Origin: Eledone cirrhosa
Taxonomy: Eukaryota
DNA: 64,000 nucleotides
Assembly: GCA_964016885.1 (NCBI GenBank)
Contig: OZ024752.1
Location: forward strand, 39,928,001-39,992,000
Direction: 5' to 3'
Of this stretch, positions 45,801 through 58,600 are shown piece after piece. The translations under genes were made by a program, and so were the position numbers. The notes under the pieces are model-generated. The model was not told where the DNA came from. It worked only from the letters and a program-made list of their open reading frames with translations, and made no database searches. Numbering within the stretch: the stretch's first letter is position 1; each line of letters starts with the position of its first letter.

Positions 45801-48800
45801 TGGTGTCACAACAAAAAGCACCCAGTCTACACTGTAAAATGGTCCTGTTGGTGTCACAACAAAAAGCACCCAGTCTACACTGTAAAATGGTCCTGTTGGT
45901 GTCACAACAAAAAGCACCCAGTCTACACTGTAAAATAGTCCTGTTGGTGTCACAACAAAAAGCACCCAGTCCACACTGTAAAATGGTCCTGTTGGTGTCA
46001 CAACATAAAGCACCCAGTCTACACTGTAAAATGGTCCTGTTGGTGTCACAACAAAAAGCACCCAGTCCACACTGTAAAATGATCCTGTTGGTGTCACAAC
46101 AAAAAGCACCCAGTCTACACTGTAAAATGGTCCTGTTGGTGTCACAACAAAAAGCACCCAGTCTACACTGTAAAATAGTCCTGTTGGTGTCACAACAAAA
46201 AGCACCCAGCCCACACTGTAAAATAGTCCTGTTGGTGTCACAACAAAAAGCACCCAGTCTACATTGTAAAATGGTCATGTTGGTGTCACAACAAAAAGCA
46301 CCCAGTCTACACTGTAAAATAGTCCTGCTGGTGTCACAAAAAGCACCCAGTCTACACTGTAAAATGGTCCTGTTGGTGTCACAACAAAAAGCACCCAGTC
46401 TACACTGTAAAATGGTCCTGTTGGTGTCACAACAAAAAGCACCCAGTCTACACTGTAAAATGGTCCTGTTGGTGTCACAACAAAAAGCACCCAGTCTACA
46501 CTGTAAAATAGTCCTGTTGGTGTCACAACAAAAAGCATCCAGCCCACACTGTAAAATAGTCCTGTTGGTGTCACAACAAAAAGCACCCAGTCTACACTGT
46601 AAAATAGTCCTGTTGGTGTCACAACAAAAAGCATCCAGCCCACACTGTAAAGTGGTCGTGTAGGGGTCATGACAAAAAGCACTCACCCCACAATGTAAAG
46701 TGGTCATGTAGGTATCAATATAAAAAGCACCCAGCCCACACTGTAAAGTGGTCATGTAGGTATCATGATAAAAAGCACCCAGTACTCACTGTGAATGAGT
46801 TTGGTGTTAGGAAGGGCATCCAGCTGTAGAAACCAAGTCAAAATCAGTTCTGTACGAACAAGACATGGTCAGCTGACCTACCATTGCCCACAACAGGACA
46901 ACACATCTAACCTATACCAGCGTAGAAAAATGGACGTAAAACGATGATGATGATGATATAAATTGGAAGATTCATTTACATTAAAATCTCAACATTTAAT
47001 TCCTAAACATTATTGTTCTTGGTGTTAGTACATCATAAAGCCACATTCTATTTTCTATAATGTAGAAAATGATAGTGGTAAGGAACACTCAGGAGAGCTG
47101 GACAGCAAAAGGTCTTCAGAGAAGAACCACCCCAACCCTCAACCAAGTGTTTCGACCCTTAACTTCTTACACTCTAAGAGGGCCAGGCTGCATCCACATC
47201 ATGACCCCTGAATGCTCCTCTGTTGACATTTAGCCATTCAGAAATCAGAGACTTGTTGATTATTTAAACAATATGGAGATTTTGTTGACAGGATTTTACT
47301 GGAACTCCTCTCCATTGCCTCTGCTTTCAAACTTATATTTGACCCTTTAGCATTTACATTACTCTATATATACTATTGTATTTTTGTAGTAAAGGCTTTA
47401 TCTTACATCATATCTCACATAACATTTACATTACTCTATATATACTATTGTATTTTTGTAGTAAAGGCTTTATCTTACATCATATCTCACATAACATTTA
47501 CATTACTCTATATATACTATTGTATTTTTGTAGTAAAGGCTTTATCTTACATCATATCTCACAAAACATTTACATTACTCTATATATACTATTGTATTTT
47601 TGTAGTAAAGGCTTTATCTTACATCATATCTCACAAAACATTTACATTACTCTATATATACTATTGTATTTTTGTAGTAAAGGCTTTATCTTACATCATA
47701 TCTCACATGACATTTACATTACTCTATATATACTATCGTATTTTTGTAGTAAAGACTTTATCTTACATAATTATCTCACATAATATCAAATCTACAAATT
47801 TTGATATTATTTATTTTGAGAATAATACCTTAACATCAGTATAAGCGGCCAGTTACAGCTGGTTTGAACAGATAGAGGTGAGTGAATTCTGGCCAGATAT
47901 GGCCGGTTTAAATACTAAAGGGTTAAACACTTTCTTGAATTGGAAAATAACATTGGTAGTCATAAAACAATGTAAAATGGACAGTAAAATTTAGTTTAGA
48001 TGAAGGTAATAAAAAGGTTTTTGTTACCTGGTATCTATGATTATTATCTTTTTATTCTTCATCCTAATATTTAGGGACTTAAAAATCCTTTCTATTTTGC
48101 TTTGTCTTAGCCTTCTTAAACTTTTAGCATTTAAACCAGCCATATCTGGTCAGAACTCTCTCACGCCTTTCAATTCAAACTGGCCATAACCAGCCTCTCA
48201 TACCGATGTATTGTTCTCAATATAAATAATATCAAAATCTCTTAGATTTGATATTATGTGAGATAATTATGTGAGATAAAACCTTTACCATGAAAATACA
48301 ATAGTAAATATAAAGTAATGTAAATGCTATGTGAGATAAAACCTTTACCATGAAAATACAATAGTAAATATAGAGTAATGTAAATGCTATGTGAGATAAA
48401 ACCTTTACCATGAAAATACAATAGTAAATATAAAGTAATGTAAATGCTATGTGAGATAAAACCTTTACCATGAAAATACAATAGTAAATATAGAGTAATG
48501 AAATGCTAAAGGGTTAAACCATATCACTTTCTACATTATATGCTATACACAATGCTTCTAGCAAACTATAACATTCTATTTTCTATTTCTTTATATATAT
48601 TTTTTTTTAGATCAATGTTGCAGCATCTGATTCAGGTACGATCAGGCGCACGGCCTCAGCAAGAGTAACTGTCAATATTAAACACAACAATAAACCATAC
48701 TTTGATAGAAGTAGTTATCAAGTATCCGTAGATGAGTCTATAGCAGTCAATAGCACTGTGTACCAGGTTTTAGCTAAAGATCCAACACAAGCTTCGGTGA

Positions 48801-49675
48801 GTCAAACAATTATCAGCTTTATCTTTTCTCTCCTTATATGTTTGATTATCAGTATGTTTCAATAAATAATTTATCATGTTGGTGTTCATAATATCTAGAT
48901 AAAGAATAATTTAGGCAGAAATATCTGTAGGTACCAGATACAACATAGCTGAATGGTTAAGAAGTTTGCTATATATATATAGAGAGAGATTTTGAGTATA
49001 TGTTGGTTGTATACCAACACCTCGGTATGCAGGCTGGAGCACTCGACGAAGTGCGCAGGTTGGTTTGGTTACTCCGGAGTAATGTAAAATAAAGTTAAAT
49101 AAAAAGTCAAATGTTTAAAATTTAGCTTCGTTTATGATTCCAGTTCCTCAGAGAAATAACAATCTAACCAGGAACTGGACATATCAGAGTATTGACAAAA
49201 TTATACATCTCAACAACATATGTACTTGTCTATACCACACTAATTCAGACTGCCTGAAGAGGTCACAGCCAAAGATGGCTGTCACTGAAATATATATAGC
49301 AGTAATAAACGAAGCTAAATTTTAAACATTTGACTTTTTATTTAACTTTATTTTATATATATATATATATATATAACCAAAGTTTATATGGTTCATTGAT
49401 TATTCAACAAATACAATTTTACAATAGATTAGAAGCACTCGACAGTAGATTTTCCTGGAGTTATTTAATATTATTCAAGATGTTAATAAATGAAAAATAT
49501 TCTCATAATCAAAATATATATTTTATTATACTTATTTCAAAGGTACAATGGTGTTTAAGTACGTTTTCATCAGACAAAATATAAGATTTGATATGAGACA
49601 TACCACTACGGTTTGGATTATTCAATTCCAGTACTGGCAGTGATTTATTTCACCAACTCTCAACGTTTGTATACC

Positions 49676-49706
<31 letters not shown>

Positions 49707-50949
49707 GATAGATAGATAAATTACACAATAATCAAAGCTATGTTCAAATCATTTTATTGCTGACAATCGTTTCTTCCAAACTTTCGTTTGGAATCATCGG
49801 AGCAGTAGCAATGTTTGTACATATAATTAACCTCCTATTCAACTGAACAATCATATAGATACATGGATATTAATGTTGTCAACAACAGTTTCGTATTTAC
49901 AGAGTGGAATGGATGTGACATAGATTTCAAGAGAATTGTACAATAATTAAAATTAAAAATTAAAAATTAAAAAGGCACAGAGTGGAATGCATGCGACAGA
50001 GATTTCAAGGGAATAGTATAACAATTAAAGAGGCATTAAGGTAGAAAGTTACTCGTAAAACGAGGACACTAGCAGTACATATGCAAGCGTATAGAGAGTG
50101 CAAATGCGTTAGGCATATACAGGAAGGAAACAAGCAATGGTACTAGGCATATATAATTACTGCATGGCAAAGGTATCACATAAAATAACATATGTTTACA
50201 AGCATATCAGGCAGGCAAAGATGTATGTGTATTAAAATTATGGGTTTATGATGGATGTAGTGTGACAATTGTTTCTGTAAAACATCTTGTATATTTACAT
50301 TGAGATATTTTTCTTATTGGTAATAAGGTAGTAATGAATTACTGACCTTTCCTGTTTATAGTTGTATATAGTGTATACATAAATATAAATAATATTATCA
50401 TTATTATATATTATTATTATTATACCACATATAGGGCGGTGAATTGGCAGTATTGGGAGAGGGTCGGACGCCATGCTTTGACGTATAGAGTTACGGCCCT
50501 TGCCATTCTGAGTTCAAATCCCGCCGAGGTTAACTTTGCCTTTCATCCTTACGGGGTCGATAAAATAAAGTACCAGTAATGCACTGGGTAATTGCTGGCC
50601 TTGTGCCTAATGTAGCAACAATTATTATACCACATATATATATATAAGAAATTTTAGCCTGATAGTGGGGTTTAGAACCCTCAGAGAAATGGAAAAAGAT
50701 GAGTGTTGCTGTAATGGTAGCACAGTGGTCTGGATAACCAAAGATGTGGGTTCGACTCCCATGTACGTCAATACTCAACTTTTTCCATTTCTCTGGAATT
50801 GAACCATCAGCACAGTTGAGGTATGTCATACATCAATTTATATATTTTATCTGATGAGGACGTACTGAGGAAACAACACAGTACCTCCAAAATATATATA
50901 ATAAAATATATTTGATTACATGAATGTCTATATTTATTAATATTTTTAA

Positions 50950-50984
<35 letters not shown>

Positions 50985-51390
50985 TTTCTGAATTTGTTTA
51001 GCAAGATTCTTTATCTGAAATCGTGTGTTGAAACCGATATTGTTATACTTTGGGAGGGTCATGTTGCCAATAAGAAACACACGCACCAGTTGCTTTCACT
51101 TCAATTTAATTTATTATATATTTATAAATTTACAAATTTATAAATTTCTGGTTGGTTGGTTGGTTCCACAACCAGATAGTTGTTTATATATATATAGTCA
51201 TAGTTCTTTCGTCACACACTCTGTGACCTCTTCAGTGACTGGGGATTTCTTTCTTCGTTTCTGTGCCTTTCCTTTCTTCTATCCTACGCCATTTTAAATT
51301 TGTAAATTTATAAATATATAATAAATTAAATTGAAGTGAAAGCAACTGGTGCGTGTGTTTCTTATTGGCAACATGACCCTCCCAAAGTAT

Positions 51391-51450
<60 letters not shown>

Positions 51451-52485
51451 AGGAAGTGTAATGTGAAGTTACTGTGGGTTCACCCAGGTGAGTACTTGAG
51501 TCAGGCCAGAACGATATAGATCAAACCTTGAGCTGATCAATAACAAAACGTGTGTCACCAATCAATAAATGTTATGAAGGATTAACAAATCGTCCTTGTA
51601 TTATATATATATATTTGGAAACTCTGCCTCATAGAATCGAGACATATCCGAGGATCTTGCGATCTCAGAGTCAGGTTCGATCATTGCATCGATCGTACCT
51701 CGAGCTGGTCGCCAGAGAAACGATTGTAATATGTCTAATAAATCTTATTCGTCGCACCACTGATTCTCCATTTCTTATGTGATATATATAGGAAAAAGTA
51801 TGACCCCGACGGCAGAGCTCAAGCCGTTTCGACGGCTATTTCTGGACTATTCCAGAAATAGCCGTCGAAACGGCTTGAGCTCTGCCGTCGGGGTCATACT
51901 TTTTTCTATTTCCCACTCTACTACTCTAAGTATTGAGTACTCTGGTGCGTTATGGTCCATCTGGTTCTTTACCACAATTCCTTTGTTATATATATAAATC
52001 CAGGGAGTGTAACTTGGAGTTCACCCGGGTGAGCACTCGATGTTTAGGTTCACTTCAGTGTCGAGGTGTTGATCTAAACAGAGTGTATTATATATATATA
52101 TATATATATATAAGAATAAACGTGCTGCGTGGTTGCAAAAGGGTTACATATGAATAAAGTTAATCCTTCATCAGTGATCTTCCAACCATCATTGGTATTT
52201 CATCGCTTTAAAGACCATATACCTCCGGTTGGTGCGAGCAACAGCTAAAAAAAGTCGTTGGGACACGACGATTTCACCGAACTTATATTTATGGAAATTT
52301 GGGACTTGACTCCTTCCTCCTCACTTTTCGTTGCTTCACCATCTTTGTTTGTTTACACTCTCGTGTCCCCTTTATTTACGTGTCCCAACGACTTTTTTTA
52401 GCCGTTGCTCGCACCAACCGGAGGTATATGGTCTTTAAAGCGATGAAATACCAATGATGGTTGGAAGATCACTGATGAAGGACTA

Positions 52486-52531
<46 letters not shown>

Positions 52532-52647
52532 AACCAGTAAGACCCCGACAGCTGAGCTCAAGCCGTTTCGACGGCTAATTCTGGATTAGCCGTCCAGAAT
52601 TAGCCGTCGAAACGGCTTGAGCTCAGCTGTCGGGGTCTTACTGGTTC

Positions 52648-52693
<46 letters not shown>

Positions 52694-55600
52694 AGGCACA
52701 TGGCTTAGAGGTTAGAGCATTGGCCTTGCAATCGAAAGGTTGTGAGTTCAATTCTCAGACCTGGTGATGTTTTGTTTCCTTGAGCAAGGCACTTTATTTC
52801 ACATTGCTCCAGTTTACTCAGCTGTAGAAATGAGATGATAGGGACTGGGGTCCATATCATTCCACTGCAAAGTGGTCGTGGAGGTGCACCCAGCACTCAC
52901 TGTAAATGAGGTTGGTGTTAGGAAGGGCATCCAGCTGTAGAAATCAAGCCAGAATCAGTTCCCGTCCCACCCTTGCAAGCAGGGAAAAGCGGACGTAAAA
53001 TGAAATGATGAATGATATATATATATATATATAATATATATATATACAAATTCCGACCTCACACACTTACACCTCTCCAAGACAATGTCACTGGACCGAG
53101 ACCTTTGGCGGTACTCAGTAATAGAGAAGACCCGCCTTACCTAAATACAAAGTAAAACCTACTACAGTCAGTAGGCATCTCTAACAAAACACACCCCCGT
53201 CCCACCACCCCCACCCCATCCACACCGCCCCTTTCAATGTAAAGTTATGTTGGTGTCACAACATCCAGGCCGAAACAAATGAGATTGTGTAGGTGTCACG
53301 ACAAAAAAACACACAGTCCACGCTGTAATGTGGCCGTGTAGGCAACACGGTAAAAACCTCCCAGCCCCACACTGTAAATGTGGTTGGTGTTAAGAAGGGC
53401 ATCCAACTGTAGAAAACCCGCCAGACAGTCCACGCTGTAATGTGGCCATGTAGGCAACACGGTAAAAACCTCCCAGCCCCACACTGTAAATGTGGTTGGT
53501 GTTAGGAAGGGCATCCAGCTGTAGAAAACCCGCCAGACAGTCCACGCTGTAATGTGGCCATGTAGGCAACACGGTAAAAACCTCCCAGCCCCACACTGTA
53601 AATGTGGTTGGTGTTAGGAAAGGCATCCAGCTGTAGAAAACCCGCCAGACAGTCCACGCTGTAATGTGGCCATGTAGGCAACACGGTAAAAACCTCCCAG
53701 CCCCACACTGTAAATGTGGTTGGTGTTAGGAAGGGCATCCAACTGTAGAAAACCTGCCAGACAGTCCACGCTGTAATGTGGCCATGTAGGCAACACGGTA
53801 AAAACCTCCCAGCCCCACACTGTAAATGTGGTTGGTGTTAGGAAGGGCATCCAGCTGTAGAAAACCCACCAGACAGTCCTATGCGAGCAAGACAACCACT
53901 CTTGCCTCAAGTGGGAAAACTCCCGTCCAAACCCATGCTAACGTGGAACACGGACGTTAAACGATGATGATGTTGATGATGATGATGACATAGTGAGGGA
54001 TGTAGGAGGAAATAAATGCAATATCCAGTTCTATAAATATGTTTGTACAAATATATAATTATCAATTTCTTTTCACAGGGACAGTTGCTGTATGAATTAA
54101 AAAATAGCGTGAAGTTGTTTTACGTGACTCTTAATGGAGAGATAAAGGTCAAAATATTCCTTAAGAATGTCACTGTAACTACTGTTAATGTAAGTTAATT
54201 TTACTTGTTATACTTTTATACTGAAAAGGAACCCTTCCAACCACCCACTCTTCAAGCAACTGTTTCAGAAGTTAAAAGTTGAAACACTTCCTTAATGATG
54301 GGGGCAGGGTGATTCTAGGGGAAAAAAAGATTTGTCCATGTAAGCAATATATTCATGAAAAATAATTTTGATTTAGTTTAGAGTTTGCAAAACCCAAATA
54401 GGTTATTTAATATTCAACAAGTAAGATTTCTTTTTAAAATAGATTTTTAAAACATATTCAGCTACAGCTAATAAGTATAATTTATATTCAACTAGCCGAA
54501 TTACCCGCGCTTTGCTGCGTTTCACACATATTTTTTTGTAAGAAAATGATGATTGATTTTAAATCAGTGATATAATTTATGGAGAAAAAATAAAGGGAAA
54601 ATGTTAAAAAAGTAGAGTCATTAACTAATAATTTTTGTCATAATTCTAGTGATGTTTTGCCATAGATAAAATGTCTAAATTAGCCAAATTTTACTATAAA
54701 AGAGAGGTGTTTTTTTTTTTGTTGATTTACATTTAATTAATAGAAAAAACCCATGATAATAGAGGTTCAAATACTCAAGTTATGGGCTTCCAAAATTTTC
54801 ACTATAGGGGGTTTAACCCCCATTAGGGTGTCTTAACATTATTGAAATTTGCTGAAATTTTGTGAATAGACATCATATTTCGTCATTTACCTATGGTTTA
54901 AATTTCATATAAATCAAAGGGAAAAAGTTTCACCAGGGGTTTGTGCCCCCAGGGAACCCTTTGATTAAAATGAAATATACTTATCCAAGTACCCTGGGCA
55001 ATGTAGTTTCAGAATATATATGGTTATGAGGGTCTATCTCCAAAACCATAGGAGGAGTTTGTGAACAAACAAACAAACAGACAGACAGGAACTACAGCTT
55101 TATATATATAGATATAGACAAGCTTTCTTCCATTGTCTAGTAGTCCTTGCTCTTCCCCACTTTTCCTTTCATTTATACTTTCTTTTTCTGTATGTTTAAC
55201 CAATTTTGAAGCCAATAGAATTTTTATTAGTTATATATTAAATAACCTTACAAATGGGAGTGAAAATATACAAAGCATATAAATAAATTTACAGTAGAAT
55301 AACATAACAATTATGTTTTAAATATATACATAAATAACATTACAAATGCTTAAATAACATTATAAATTGCTCACGATTCTTTCAGAAAGATATATTCCTT
55401 CGGGAAATCTTCTTAGAATTATCTCATCACAGACAACCTTCCAATTGAACTAAAGAAACATATGCATTCCAGATGTTTGTATATCTGATATGACAGTAAA
55501 TTCGATGTATTTTTGAAGTATTTTGAAGTATGTCAATGAAGTTTGTTGGTTGTCTTCCATAGTTAATCTGTTCATGTATAGACTGCCATACCATATTTAC

Positions 55601-58600
55601 TTCCATACCATTAGATTTGATGATATTTCTTTAAGATGTCTACCAGTTTCAATCTTTGCTCAGCCATTATTTTGATTAATTTTGGCAAGCTGTCATAAGG
55701 CAGTTATAAAATCTTGGCAGTGTACTTTAAAAGCTACCCTTTCATCAGTGCCATTTCTTTCGTATCCATCATGTTATGTATTTTTACATATCTATACAAA
55801 CTAAATTAAAATTCTGTATGTTAACCCTTTAGTATATAAACGGGCCATATCTAGCCAAAATTCTCTCACCTCTTTCTGTTCAAACTGGCCATAACTGGTT
55901 GCTCATACTGATGTTAAGGTATTGTTCTCAAAATAGATAATATCAAAATCTCATAGATTTGATATTATGTGAGATAATTATGTGAGGTAAAGCCTTTACC
56001 ATGAAAATATAATAATAAATATAAAATAATGTAAATATTATGTGAGACAATTATGTGAGATAATTATGTGAGATAATTATTTAAGGTAAAGGCTTTACCA
56101 TGAAAATATAATAGTAAATATAGAGTAATGTAAATGTTAAAGGGTTAAGTGTAATGTTTTGCTGACATGTATGTAATACTTTTTAATTCTTTGCAATTAT
56201 TTCTCTTTTTCCTTTATCAAACAGATTAAAGTAAGGGCATATCGGAAAAATGATGTTTCAAGTTTTGCAGAAACTACAGTTGTTGTCAACATAATCCGTA
56301 GTAGCACTAAACCACAATTTAAGAACAGTGCTGATAATATAACAATTAATGATGACACAGCAATTGGAACTATTATATACGATGCTAATGCTACTGATCC
56401 AGACACTGTAAGTATTATTCATATTTATTATACTTGAAGGAAGGGCATTGGATTGGCAGTATTGGTATAGAGTCAGAGATCATGCCTTGCAGCATAGGGT
56501 TACGGCCCTTTACAGTCTGAGTTCAAATCCCGCCGAGGTTAACTTTGCCTTTCATCCTTAAGGGGTCGATAAAATAAAACACCAGTAATGTACTGAGATA
56601 ATTGCTGCCCTTGTACGAAAAGTAGAAAAAATTCTTATTATTATTATTATTTTATTATTATTATTATTATTCCAGTTCGGGATAAACTCTACAGGCATGG
56701 AGGTGCCTTCAGCCGGGCATGTCCGAGATGCGCGCAGGGTGACGAAACCGTCCTGCACGCACTCATCCAGTGTCCGAAAATTGCTGACTTGTGGGTTTAT
56801 GTCGAACACCTGCTGTCGCGTGTAGAACGGATCCGGCTATCATCTGAGTCCATCATGAGGATTGCCCCGCCCTCTTCCTTTAGCCGGGAAGGGCAGGCAG
56901 TTTTTATCTGTCTGGTGGCCATGGCGAAAGAGATAGTATGGTGGACACGTTTGAAAGGGCTGAAGATGAGCACTTACCTCTTCGGTGATGCCCTGATTGA
57001 CTTTTTCAAATTTCATTTGAAAAGGAAAATCAGAGTAGAGAGGGAAGTGTTCTCTTCCCAGCATTTTGTTGAAAGATGGGTGAGAGAAGCAAGAATGGCC
57101 CGAGTGAATGGACCTACTCTGAGTACGTATCTGTAAATTAAAGGTGGAAAACTGGGAGAGGGCACTTGCCTTGGTGGTCAGGGTCACTGTGGCCTTTTAC
57201 TGGGCTTTCTCCACAAATGTCCCTCCGAAGTCTGCCCCCTATTGGGGAATTTTTCATTGTTATTTTTTTGTTACATCCTCTGTTTTTGTTTTTTACACGC
57301 AGAAATGCCCATTTGTACCGTCCTGTATTGTCCTGCACTGTCCTTAATGTCTACTTTATGTAAACCCTTGTGGTTAATAAAGAAATCATTATTATTATTA
57401 TTATTATGTCCCTTTACGGACTGAGGTCAAATCCCGCCGAGGTTAACTTTGCCTTTCATCCTTACGGGGTCGATAAAATAAAGTACCAGTAATACACCGG
57501 GATAATTGCTGGCCTTGTGTCAAAAGTAGAAACAATTATTTTATTATTATTATTAATATTTGTTGTTATTATTATAAGATGGAGGTAACTACAGTGGAGT
57601 AAGTTAGTATGAGTTATCGAAAGTTCTATATAATAATTTTTACATCGGTGTGTAGTTAAAGAACCCTTCTGACAAAGGAGGTGGGTTTTTTTAACTGTAT
57701 CTCGCGCCATTGAGGGCTAAATTTGCTTTTATTTACAATCATAACCCCAATATTTTGTTTTAAAAAAACATGGCGGACAAAAAAAATTGTTCACAGGGAG
57801 CAACAGTGAGTTGTTCGGAGGGTGGAACAGCCAGTTCCACCCAATCACAAGGCAAAGTAAAAAACAAGAGCAGTAGCGACAGCGACACTGGTAGTGACAA
57901 CAGCAGCAACAGCAGCCACTGGAACTGTAGTAGCAACAGTGGAAATTATAACGTAAAGTTTCCTGCGTTACAAAAATCAAACACCACCACGACCACCCCA
58001 ATAACAGCAACAGCCATAAAGAACCCAAAGAACAACAACTATAACAGCAGCAACACAGAAGAAAAAAACACAAACAAAAACACCAACGACGGCAACAAGG
58101 ACAAAATTAGTGACGAGTCAACAATAATCAAAACAAACACATCATTCGCTAAAGCGACAAACAATTTTGAACAAGTACACATCACTAACAAAGAGATAAA
58201 ACAAGCAAAGGTCTTGGTTAAAAAGACTAGACATAGGGTAAGTCTCACCCGCCCAGCTGAGATAATAAGAAACAAGCTTTTGTGTTCGGTCAGTTATCGC
58301 ACGATGGGATCAAAATCGCGATGAGTTGAACGGGCAACGGAGTCACAGGTCCAAAGAGCTATGGGCACCGTCTGGGCACAGAAAACATATGGCACTGTGG
58401 GTGTGCTTTTCGCTACACCAGAAGAAGCCAGAGCACACTTCATTGTGCCACTCCGCAGTACAAATCTTACTAATGCCTTTCATCTTTCTGGGGTTGATAA
58501 AATAAAGTACCAGTAATATACTTGAGATAAAATGATTGACTGACTCTTTCCTTTCTCCCTTGAAGAATATTAGTAGCCCCCATACCAATTGCTTATTTCT

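Noticed and set aside
45119-46663. 514-aa ORF with 16-aa periodicity
   Set aside because: By-product of a 48-bp tandem array inside a retroelement tail; open in several frames and both strands, no splice or domain support
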